Positions 8,974 through 17,109 of a stretch of DNA of 32,000 bases are shown here, piece after piece. Numbering within the stretch: the stretch's first letter is position 1; each line of letters starts with the position of its first letter. The stretch is from Ferroglobus placidus DSM 10642. Its GTDB lineage: Archaea; Halobacteriota; Archaeoglobi; Archaeoglobales; Archaeoglobaceae. Made by a program: the position numbers and the translations under genes. The stretch is taken from positions 1,890,001 to 1,922,000 of the forward strand of contig NC_013849.1 in assembly GCF_000025505.1 (NCBI RefSeq), written 5' to 3'. Below the pieces are notes generated by a model. The model ran no database searches, was not told the origin of the DNA, and saw only the letters and a list, made by a program, of their open reading frames with translations.

Positions 8974-9298
8974 CGTGATGTTTGTTCCGATCTTTCTTTT
9001 TCAGTTCGTCTTTTGGTTGTTTCTGAACCTAACGAGAATCGGACAAGCAATCTTAGCAATTTGGGGTAGTTTGACTTTGATGGGGTTCATTGTAAACGTA
9101 TTTTATCCCGCATATCTTCAAACGATTCATCTTGGAACGTCTGGGAATTTCTTGATGGCGACCGATTTAATTGTTGAATTCGTGAAAGATTCGGTTTTGT
9201 TTTTGGTTAATTTAGTCATTCCACCTTGGTTGGGGTTGCTCGTTGGATTATTTTCGACTCATGCACAGAGAGGTGAGAAATATGATCTCGTCTGCTAA
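8966..9298 (+). CDS. Small multi-span membrane protein, unknown function; track start 8957, ATG 8966 preferred
   Basis: 110 aa with about three hydrophobic segments (FVPIFLFQFVFWLFLNL; AILAIWGSLTLMGFIVNVFY; VLFLVNLVIPPWLGLLVGLF). Overlaps both neighbours. Confidence 0.65.
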   Translation: MIDVMFVPIFLFQFVFWLFLNLTRIGQAILAIWGSLTLMGFIVNVFYPAYLQTIHLGTSGNFLMATDLIVEFVKDSVLFLVNLVIPPWLGLLVGLFSTHAQRGEKYDLVC

Positions 9299-10547
9299 GC
9301 TTCAATTCTACAAGGAGGAGAGGCTTGTATTTAACAAAGAACTCGGTTGCGAGATTCCTGAGGATTGGGGAGTTGTTAAGCTTGGAAAGGTTGTTGAAGT
9401 CTGGGATAAGTATAGAATTCCAGTTAAAGAGCAAGATAGAAAGCCAGGACCATATCCTTACTGCGGAGCTAATGGTATAATTGATTACGTTGATGGTTAT
9501 ACACATGACGGAGAATTTGTTCTCCTTGCCGAGGATGGAGGTTATTTTGGACCTTTTGAAAAGAGTGCATACATAATGCGAGGAAAATTCTGGGCAAATA
9601 ACCACGTGCACATTTTGAAAGCTATAGCAAATAAAATGACGAGCGAATTCTTGATGTTTTACTTAAACTTCATGGATTTAAGGCCTTTCTTGACTGGCTC
9701 CACTCGACCCAAATTGACACAAACTGATATGTTGAGAATTCCTTTACCAAAACCTTCACTTCCAGAACAAAAAGCAATCGCAGAAATCCTCTCAACAGTC
9801 GATAGAGCCATCGAAAAAACCGATGAAATCATCGCCAAAGTTGAACGCTTAAAGAAGGGCTTGATGCAGGAGCTTCTCGCTGGCAGGGTTAGAGTTAAAG
9901 TTGAGAACGGGAAGATCAGATTTTACAGAGAGACGAGATTTAAGGATAGCGAGATCGGGAAAGTGCCAGAGGATTGGGAGGTTGTTAAGCTTGGGAAAGT
10001 TGCCGAGCAAAGGAAAGAAATTGTTGACCCTACCGAAGTTGATCCCGTAACCCCATATGTTGGCCTAGAACACGTAAACTCGGGAGAAACGAAATTAAGT
10101 AACTTCGGAAAAGCAGAGGAAGTCGTTAGTTCAAAATATAGGTTTTACATTAGAGATATCCTTTACGGAAAATTAAGACCATATCTCGACAAAGCTGTAA
10201 TTTCTAATATTAACGGAGTCTGTTCTACTGATTTTATCGTCATGAGAACTAAAAGAGACTACACAATACCTGATTTCTTGATTTATGTGCTACATACAAA
10301 GAGATTCATCGATTATTCTACTGCTGGTATGACTGGAACAAATCATCCTCGAACATCTTGGAATTGGATAGCTAAGTTTGAATTTCCGCTCCCACCACTC
10401 CAAGAACAAAAAGCAATAGCAGAAATCCTTTCAACTCTCGACAAAAAACTCGAACTTGAAAAGAAAGAGAAGGAAAGACTTGAGAGAATAAAGAAGGGGC
10501 TAATGAATGTTTTGCTGACTGGAAGAGTGAGGGTGAAAGTTGGATGA
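9282..10547 (+). CDS. hsdS: Type I restriction-modification system, specificity (S) subunit; track start 9243, ATG 9282 preferred
   Basis: Two target-recognition halves, each with IPEDWGVVKLGKV / VPEDWEVVKLGKV and (L)PEQKAIAEILSTVDRAIEKTDEII / LQEQKAIAEILSTLDKKLELEKKE. SD AGAGGTGAG just upstream of ATG 9282. Confidence 0.95.
   Translation: MISSAKLQFYKEERLVFNKELGCEIPEDWGVVKLGKVVEVWDKYRIPVKEQDRKPGPYPYCGANGIIDYVDGYTHDGEFVLLAEDGGYFGPFEKSAYIMRGKFWANNHVHILKAIANKMTSEFLMFYLNFMDLRPFLTGSTRPKLTQTDMLRIPLPKPSLPEQKAIAEILSTVDRAIEKTDEIIAKVERLKKGLMQELLAGRVRVKVENGKIRFYRETRFKDSEIGKVPEDWEVVKLGKVAEQRKEIVDPTEVDPVTPYVGLEHVNSGETKLSNFGKAEEVVSSKYRFYIRDILYGKLRPYLDKAVISNINGVCSTDFIVMRTKRDYTIPDFLIYVLHTKRFIDYSTAGMTGTNHPRTSWNWIAKFEFPLPPLQEQKAIAEILSTLDKKLELEKKEKERLERIKKGLMNVLLTGRVRVKVG
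9353..10003 (+). repeat. Imperfect direct repeat pair in hsdS, start of each TRD (9353-9395 and 9963-10003)
   Basis: ATTCCTGAGGATTGGGGAGTTGTTAAGCTTGGAAAGGTTGT versus GTGCCAGAGGATTGGGAGGTTGTTAAGCTTGGGAAAGTTGC. Confidence 0.8.
9765..10441 (+). repeat. Imperfect direct repeat pair in hsdS, conserved regions after each TRD (9765-9802 and 10404-10441)
   Basis: GAACAAAAAGCAATCGCAGAAATCCTCTCAACAGTCGA versus GAACAAAAAGCAATAGCAGAAATCCTTTCAACTCTCGA. Confidence 0.85.
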
Positions 10548-11467
10548 ATTTAGACAACATAGAACAAATTTTAGAATCTCCTGAAAAGTTAGACTCTTTA
10601 TTAAAATTACTTATGTCTTTGGAGCGAATTTTAGAATCTCAAGATGAACAGAGATATTTAGAAGCTAAAAGGTTTGTTGAGTCGGCAAATGAAGATTTAA
10701 AGGCTTCACAAATCCTTTACAATGCAGGTTTATACTCATCAGCGGTCTTTCACATGCAACAAGCTACTGAAAAATACTTTAAAGCAATAGCAATTTACTA
10801 TTTTGGACTTTCAAAGAAAAACATTAGGAAATACGTGAAACACGATACACCTAAGATTGCAATTTTATTTTTAAGAAAGTATCAAAATATAGTTAAAGAT
10901 TTAACTATGTTTTTCAAAGATATTGTCCCCGAGAAATACTTAGCAGATACTTCGAGAGAATACATCCTCAATCTTGAAAGATTGATAAATACAAATAAAC
11001 GAGACATTGCCCAATTGAATAAAGAAGAAATATATAAGCTAATTAAGTTAACTAGATCGCTTGTCGAAAGCTTAGAGAGTGATGACACTAAGAATAAAAT
11101 TCTTAATACTCTTCAGGATTTAAATAACAATAAAAGTAAGATAGTTAATAAAATTCTAGAGGTATTAAACCTCTCCCAAATTAGTGAATCTAAGCTTGAC
11201 CAAATTAAGAAACAAATCATAAAGGCACTCGATGTTTCCTTTACTGAAGCTCCTCACAATGTAGAAATTGCTCTAAAACTTGCATCTTCGATATGTATGT
11301 TATTCTTTCTGGGAATAATAACGTACCCGCATGCTACTTTTACGCGATACAGACAAAAATCAGCCCCTCAATATGATATAGGGCTTGGAATAGTGGATTC
11401 TTTCAGAGACTTACTTGAATTGCTACAGTTGGCATCTGATAATATAAATAACCTGTTTAATATATAA
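10544..11467 (+). CDS. HEPN-like N-terminal domain fused to a helical region with one hydrophobic segment, unknown function
   Basis: 307 aa; SANEDLKASQILYNAGLYSSAVFHMQQATEKYFKAIAIYYFGL (HEPN-like) and IRKYVKHDTPKIAILFL; later ASSICMLFFLGIITYP. ATGA overlap with the hsdS stop. Confidence 0.7.
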   Translation: MNLDNIEQILESPEKLDSLLKLLMSLERILESQDEQRYLEAKRFVESANEDLKASQILYNAGLYSSAVFHMQQATEKYFKAIAIYYFGLSKKNIRKYVKHDTPKIAILFLRKYQNIVKDLTMFFKDIVPEKYLADTSREYILNLERLINTNKRDIAQLNKEEIYKLIKLTRSLVESLESDDTKNKILNTLQDLNNNKSKIVNKILEVLNLSQISESKLDQIKKQIIKALDVSFTEAPHNVEIALKLASSICMLFFLGIITYPHATFTRYRQKSAPQYDIGLGIVDSFRDLLELLQLASDNINNLFNI

Positions 11468-11487
11468 GATCGTAGAGGTGTAGCATT

Positions 11488-14400
11488 ATGCCCCTCCAAT
11501 CGGAGGATGTCGTTCACGAAGAAATCAAGAGAAATCTCATCGAAATCGGCTGGAAAGATGGAAATACCGAGCTGAAAATACCTGAACACGCGCTGATCGA
11601 AAGTTATTACCTGCCAGACGTTCTTGAAAAGAAAATCCTCGAAATTAACGAGGAGGAGTTTTCGAGGGTTGAAGAAGACGAGGAAAGAGAGGTGTTTGCA
11701 AAAATCTTTGAAGAGCTGAACGCGAGGGAAGAAAGAATTCTCGACTATCTTAAATACGGGGTCAAAGTTAAAGTTGGAAAAGAAATCAAAATTTTTCGCC
11801 TGATAGATCACGAGAAGCCTAAGAGGAATTACTTTTTCTTCCTTCACGAAGCCAAGTTTAAAGGCTCTCCAGACAACAGCAAGCCAGATTTCACGCTCTT
11901 CATAAACGGAATACCCGTGGTTATAATCGAGGCTAAGTCGGAGTCAATTCCTTACTCACACAAAACAGCTTTGGAAGACATAAGAAGCTACGAAATGCGA
12001 TCTCCCGATCTCTTCCGATTCGTTCAGTTTGCAATCGCTTACGGAGATGAGAAACGCTACACTCCAACGCTCCCAAACTGGGAGAGAAAACAAACTCAAA
12101 GCTTCTCGTTTAACTGGAAAGACGATATTTTCGATCTCCTGAATCCGGAAAGGCTCGTGGAATTCATTCGATACTTCGTTTTCTTCTGGAGTCCCGAAGA
12201 AGGTGTCAAAAAGAAGCTCGTTGCGAGATACAATCAGTACAGAGCGACGAAAAAAGCTATGAGAAGAATCGAAGAGCACATGAACGATGAAAAGAACCGC
12301 GGACTGATATGGCACTGGCAGGGGAGTGGCAAAACCTTCACGATGTTCTTCATAGCCAACTACTTTCTCGACAAATACTATTCGCAAAATCCCGTTGTGT
12401 TCTTTGTAGTTGACAGGCAAGACTTAGAGAGGCAGCACGACGAAGTTCTAAAGTCCGTTCACGAAGAAAAATTCAGGAGTCTTTACAAGAAAATTGAAAG
12501 CATCCCCGAGCTTTGCAAAATAATCGAAACTCTGAAGGAGAGCGAGTTCTCGAAAAACATAATTCCTCGCGGTGTATACTTAACCACGATTCAGAAATTC
12601 CAGAGAGGTCAAACGGACGTCGAAGGCTTGAGCGAGAAAGAAGATCGGGAAGCTTCGCAGAGAATATACTCGCTATTGCTCAAGCTCGCAGAAAGGTATC
12701 TGAAGCACCTTGAAAAAACTAATCCGGAGGAATACAGAAAAGTTATGAACAAACTCTCTTCTCTTAAAGGAAAGGATAGGGTGAAATACCTCCTCGAACT
12801 TGGTGGCGTAAAAAGTAAATCTGTGCTCTTCCTGATAGACGAAGCTCACAGAAGTCATTACAGCACTCTCGGAGCGATGAGGAAAGCAAGCTTTCCGAAC
12901 TGCGTGACTTTAGGCTTTACAGGAACGCCTATTTTCAAATACGAGAGAAACACCTTCGTCGAGTTTTCTTATCCAGACGAGAAGGAGTATTACCTTGACG
13001 TTTACTTCATCGAAGAGTCAATAAAGGACGGATTCACTCTTCCGCTCGCCTACGAGGTTGTTAAAGAAGGTGACGTGAAAGCTGAAGGAATTCAGATAAG
13101 GTTAACCGAGAAGGAGATAGCGGACTTCATAAAAGAATACATGAAAAAGCGCGGAAAGATAGAGGAGCTCCTTGAGGCGAAAATAACCAAGAAGGAAATT
13201 CGCGATAACATAACGAAGGCTAAGGTCATCTTGCTCAATCCTGAAAGGATAGACAAACTCGCCAAGTACATCGTTGATAGAATCGAAGAAGACACGGAGA
13301 ATTTCAAGTTCAAAGCGATGGTCGTAGCCGTTAACAGGCTCGGATGCGTGAGATACAAGAGAGCTCTGGACAAATATCTCGTGGAAAAATTTGGAGAGGA
13401 GGCAAGAAGCTGGAGCGAAATAGTGATGACCTACAACTACAAAGAGACTGAAAGGGAAATCCTCGAATACATGGAAGAGCTCAGAGAAAGAAGAGGAAAC
13501 AAGGACTACAACGAAATAAACAAAGAAATACAGGACGAGTTCAAAAACAAAGAAGATCCGAGAATTTTAATAGTTACGGACATGCTACTAACAGGTTTCG
13601 ATGCTCCCAGACTTAGAGTCATGTATCTGGACAAACCGCTTTACGAACACAGACTTCTACAGGCTATAGCCAGGGTTAACAGACCTTACGAGGACAAGGA
13701 ATACGGGTTGATCGTTGATTCTGTAGGACTCATGGAACACCTCACCAAAACCATGGCAATTTACAACCTCCTAGCTGATGAAAATAGCGAGATCAAGCGA
13801 GATCTTGAGCTTAATCTAATGAAGTCGATAGAGCAGAAGTTCTCCGAATTCGAATTGAAGTTTAACAGTTTGAAAGAAGAGCTGAAAACGCTTAAAGTGG
13901 CTGGCGAAGATGTCGGAATTGACATCGATGCCGTAAAGAAAGCTTTGAAAACCGGTGAAGGCAAGGAAGAAGTACTGAGCAAGATAAAAATGTTTGCGAT
14001 GCTTTATACGGAAAGCGAAGAGTTCTCAACCAAGCTCGTTAGGATTGTAAACGAAATGAGAGGAATTTTGAGGTTATACAAAGCTCTGGGAGCTTACACT
14101 CAAAAAATAGTTTACGTTGAAGATGTTCAAGCTCTTGCGTACATCTACTACAGACTCAGATCTATAATATCCCCGAAGACCGCAAGACTCGGAAAAGAAT
14201 TCTGGGATGAGCTGAGATCGTACATTTACGAAAGAACTGTGGTTGAGGAGTTTAGGGAAGTAGGAAGGACAAAACTCGAACCAGAAAAAATAGATAAACT
14301 GGTTTCGGAGTTTGCCGAAAAATTTGGTGAAGACGAGCTAAGGAGGAAAATCGTCAATCAGCTTGCCGATTATTTCTTCTACATCAGAAACTTTGTAAAA

Positions 14401-14526
14401 GACAAAGTTCACGATCCCGTCTACAGACAAATAGCTGAAAAAATCGAAAGGTTGAGGATAGAATGGATATTAAGAGCTGTTAATACAAAGACGTTTCTCG
14501 CTAAACTCAAGGCAATCGAAGACTAA
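11488..14526 (+). CDS. hsdR: Type I restriction enzyme, restriction/translocase (R) subunit
   Basis: 1012 aa; nuclease PDFTLFINGIPVVIIEAKSE; Walker A GSGKTFTMFFIA; FFVVDRQDLERQHDE; FLIDEAHRSHYS; TGTPIF; LIVTDMLLTGFDAP; LLQAIARVNRPY. Confidence 0.96.
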   Translation: MPLQSEDVVHEEIKRNLIEIGWKDGNTELKIPEHALIESYYLPDVLEKKILEINEEEFSRVEEDEEREVFAKIFEELNAREERILDYLKYGVKVKVGKEIKIFRLIDHEKPKRNYFFFLHEAKFKGSPDNSKPDFTLFINGIPVVIIEAKSESIPYSHKTALEDIRSYEMRSPDLFRFVQFAIAYGDEKRYTPTLPNWERKQTQSFSFNWKDDIFDLLNPERLVEFIRYFVFFWSPEEGVKKKLVARYNQYRATKKAMRRIEEHMNDEKNRGLIWHWQGSGKTFTMFFIANYFLDKYYSQNPVVFFVVDRQDLERQHDEVLKSVHEEKFRSLYKKIESIPELCKIIETLKESEFSKNIIPRGVYLTTIQKFQRGQTDVEGLSEKEDREASQRIYSLLLKLAERYLKHLEKTNPEEYRKVMNKLSSLKGKDRVKYLLELGGVKSKSVLFLIDEAHRSHYSTLGAMRKASFPNCVTLGFTGTPIFKYERNTFVEFSYPDEKEYYLDVYFIEESIKDGFTLPLAYEVVKEGDVKAEGIQIRLTEKEIADFIKEYMKKRGKIEELLEAKITKKEIRDNITKAKVILLNPERIDKLAKYIVDRIEEDTENFKFKAMVVAVNRLGCVRYKRALDKYLVEKFGEEARSWSEIVMTYNYKETEREILEYMEELRERRGNKDYNEINKEIQDEFKNKEDPRILIVTDMLLTGFDAPRLRVMYLDKPLYEHRLLQAIARVNRPYEDKEYGLIVDSVGLMEHLTKTMAIYNLLADENSEIKRDLELNLMKSIEQKFSEFELKFNSLKEELKTLKVAGEDVGIDIDAVKKALKTGEGKEEVLSKIKMFAMLYTESEEFSTKLVRIVNEMRGILRLYKALGAYTQKIVYVEDVQALAYIYYRLRSIISPKTARLGKEFWDELRSYIYERTVVEEFREVGRTKLEPEKIDKLVSEFAEKFGEDELRRKIVNQLADYFFYIRNFVKDKVHDPVYRQIAEKIERLRIEWILRAVNTKTFLAKLKAIED

Positions 14527-14586
14527 ATAGAGGAGTATAAAAATAAGACCGAAGGAAAACCGCTCGAAGAAAGGCTAAAAGAGAGT

Positions 14587-14832
14587 ATGAGTTACTACGT
14601 GAAACAAAAAGCTGGTAAGGAAGCTGACTTTTCGAATACAAAGAAATATCTCAAAAACCTCGTTTCGAGGAAAACGAAAATACTTCCGAAACAGGAGAGC
14701 GAACTCAAAACCAGAATTCTGGAAGATTTGTTCCTGGCGGGGGTGGAGGAAAAGGAAGCTGTAAAGCTAACAGACGAACTCGCGGAGTACATCAAAGAGG
14801 AGATGGATAGATTATGGAGCGAAAGGAGGTAA
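14587..14832 (+). CDS. Short helical ORF; may be the detached C-terminus of HsdR (see findings)
   Basis: The frame is the same as hsdR and stays open from 14527, directly after the TAA at 14524-14526, to 14832. Confidence 0.45.
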   Translation: MSYYVKQKAGKEADFSNTKKYLKNLVSRKTKILPKQESELKTRILEDLFLAGVEEKEAVKLTDELAEYIKEEMDRLWSERR

Positions 14833-15107
14833 TAAAGCTCTTCAAAGAGATAGTTAAAGAACTAGGCTTGGAAGGAATTAGAATCAGGATCGTTCCTATG
14901 AAAAGGAAGATCGCGTCTTTCTCTTTCAAAACAAAAACCCTTAGAGTGAACCGAAGAGTTACCGAGCTTTTAGATTATGAACTCGTAAGATATATAATTC
15001 TTCATGAGCTCGTACATTTTAAAATAAACGATGCGAATCACGGAAAAAGATTTTTGAAGAATTTGGGAAATATTACACCGAAAAAGATGCGAAAAAAATC
15101 GAAATAA
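14814..15107 (+). CDS. YgjP/DUF45-like metallopeptidase (possibly frameshifted C-terminus)
   Basis: RYIILHELVHFKINDANHGKRF gives HExxH plus a downstream H and HGKRF. Overlaps the preceding ORF by 19 nt. Confidence 0.75.
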   Translation: MERKEVIKLFKEIVKELGLEGIRIRIVPMKRKIASFSFKTKTLRVNRRVTELLDYELVRYIILHELVHFKINDANHGKRFLKNLGNITPKKMRKKSK

Positions 15108-15377
15108 AACTAATTCAGAAATTGATTTCTGCCCAGATTCTTGAAATTATTTCGGTTCCTCAATCCCCTGACGAAGGTGATTGTAATACAACCTGAACAA
15201 CTTACAAAACAAATTCCAGTTTCTAACGGGATTTTTAGCTGTTATCGAACAGAAAAACAGTTTAATTCTCTGCCTGAAAGAAGAAAACACAGATTCAATT
15301 AATCGTCCTCGTTAACTAACCAAAAAGTTTTTATAAGCTTGAAACGACGCTTTGGAATCTGCAAAGGTGGGGTGTAT

Positions 15378-15734
15378 ATGGTGTCTGAAGAGATTAGGAC
15401 GAAAGCTTTGGAGCTTGCAAGGGCTATAGTTGGAAGTGAGGAGTACCAGAATTTTATCGAGAAGGAGGAAGTTTTGAAGAACGATGAAGAAGCTCAGAAC
15501 TTGCTTGTAGAGTTTCAGGATCTTCAGCAGCAGTTCATCTCTTACCAGCTCTCTGGAGAGATGAACGAGGACGTGTTGAACAGGCTAACAGAGATTCAGA
15601 AGGCTTTAAATGAGAGGGAAAGCGTAAAGAACTTCATGGAAGCTTACAACAGGTTGCTCGATCTTCTCCAGGAGGTTAGCGACATCCTAAGCGAAGAAAT
15701 GGAGTTCGATCTGGGAGAAGTGTATAGAAGGTAG
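15378..15734 (+). CDS. YlbF/YmcA-family (DUF964-like) protein; track start 15339, ATG 15378 preferred
   Basis: ARAIVGSEEYQNFIEKEEVLKNDEEAQNLLVEFQDLQQQF; SD-like GGTGGGG upstream; TTTTTATAAG box near 15328-15337. Confidence 0.65.
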   Translation: MVSEEIRTKALELARAIVGSEEYQNFIEKEEVLKNDEEAQNLLVEFQDLQQQFISYQLSGEMNEDVLNRLTEIQKALNERESVKNFMEAYNRLLDLLQEVSDILSEEMEFDLGEVYRR

Positions 15735-17033
15735 TCACTGTACCTTCTCCCACTTGTAAAGCTCGACTATTTCAGCAAGAGTTCTTCCTTTTTCTTCTAT
15801 TTCACCTCTAATTCTGTCCTCGTGTTTTTTGACTTCTAAGGCTCTTCTCGCTATTTCGTATGCTCTCTCCTTGGGAATAACCATAACTCCGTTATCGTCG
15901 GCAATAATCCAATCCCCTGGATTTACTTCAACACCTCCGCATACTATTTTCACGTTTATCTCCCCGAAACCTTTAGGTTCTCCAGCGTTAGGAACTTCTC
16001 TTGCGGCAAAAACCGGAAAGCCTAATGCTCTTATGTCGTCCACGTCTCTGACGGCTCCGTCAATTATGACTCCAGCTATCTTCTTGTTTATGCAGCTCCT
16101 CGTAGCCAACTCACCCCAAACAGCCGCTTCGTAACCGGAGACTTTAATGACTATGACATCTCCTTCCCCAGCAACGTCTATAGCTTCGACAGGCTTAGCC
16201 CAGTCTCCGTCCATGGTGCTCACGGTTACCGCTTTTCCAACTACCTTCTTTCCCCTCACGAGCGGATATATTCCTTTCATCGCCTTAGCTCTGTGCATGG
16301 CATCGCTCACGTTCGGCGTGGAAACTTTCATTAAAATCTCCCTGATTTCGTCCTCAAGCTTCTTCCTCCTTATCTCAAACTTCTTCCCTTCTTTCCAAGC
16401 TCTGTCTATGGCTTCCCTAACCCTTCTCGCAGATTCGATTACGTTCCTCGACTTCACGATGTTACTCCCGACTATCACTATTTTCGCCCCTAACGCAACG
16501 CAGTTGGCTGCTTTTTCGGCATCCAAGCCGCCGGCAGCGGCAACTGGAATTGAAACACTTTCGACAACTCTGCCGAGAACTTCGAGCGGGTCCATTCCTT
16601 TCATCTGCTGATCTATTCCGACGTGAACGTTTATGTAGTTCACTCCGAGCTCTTCAAGCTCCTTCGCTCTTTTTACCGGATCCGGAACGTTAATCAAATC
16701 AGCCATTATCTCCGCTCCGTATTTTTTAGCAGCCCTTATCGCTTCCGCAACTGTGGAGTCGTCGCTTAAACCGAGGATAATCACGATGTCTGCTCCGCTC
16801 TTTGCAGCCATCTCAACTTCTACCGCTCCGGTGTCGATGGTTTTCATGTCCGCAACGATCTTTCTATCCTTGAAGTTCCTTTTAAGCTCCCTAATCGCGT
16901 TCATCCCCTCGCTTTTAATCAGAGGAGTCCCCACTTCCAGCCAGTCCACTCCACCCTCTATCGCTTCCGAAGCTATTTCGACAGCTCTTTTCAACTCCAG
17001 CAAATCGAGAGCGACCTGAAGTATTGGCTTCTC
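15735..17033 (-). CDS. Bifunctional 3-hexulose-6-phosphate synthase / RraA-like (demethylmenaquinone methyltransferase fold) fusion
   Basis: N-terminal HPS: [46 protein letters not shown]-terminal RraA-like: [14 protein letters not shown]...GKAVTV...[23 protein letters not shown]. Start moved to the internal ATG (MEKPILQ). Confidence 0.88.
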   Translation of the reverse strand, partial: EKPILQVALDLLELKRAVEIASEAIEGGVDWLEVGTPLIKSEGMNAIRELKRNFKDRKIVADMKTIDTGAVEVEMAAKSGADIVIILGLSDDSTVAEAIRAAKKYGAEIMADLINVPDPVKRAKELEELGVNYINVHVGIDQQMKGMDPLEVLGRVVESVSIPVAAAGGLDAEKAANCVALGAKIVIVGSNIVKSRNVIESARRVREAIDRAWKEGKKFEIRRKKLEDEIREILMKVSTPNVSDAMHRAKAMKGIYPLVRGKKVVGKAVTVSTMDGDWAKPVEAIDVAGEGDVIVIKVSGYEAAVWGELATRSCINKKIAGVIIDGAVRDVDDIRALGFPVFAAREVPNAGEPKGFGEINVKIVCGGVEVNPGDWIIADDNGVMVIPKERAYEIARRALEVKKHEDRIRGEIEEKGRTLAEIVELYKWEKVQ

Positions 17034-17109
17034 CATATTTCGACTATCTTCAGGAGGATATAACACTTTTTAGGTCAACTTTTTTAACAGAAGGGGATTC
17101 TTTGAGTGC

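Noticed and set aside
12513-12713. 66-aa plus-strand ORF inside hsdR
   Set aside because: Out-of-frame overlap wholly within the conserved helicase region of hsdR.
14524-14526. Programmed recoding (selenocysteine or pyrrolysine) at the hsdR stop
   Set aside because: The stop is TAA, not TGA or TAG; nonsense splitting or re-initiation is the simpler explanation.
3931-15200. Mobile-element boundaries (integrase, tRNA target or att repeats) for the defence operon
   Set aside because: No integrase, tRNA gene or flanking duplications are visible at either edge, so I do not call it a mobile island.
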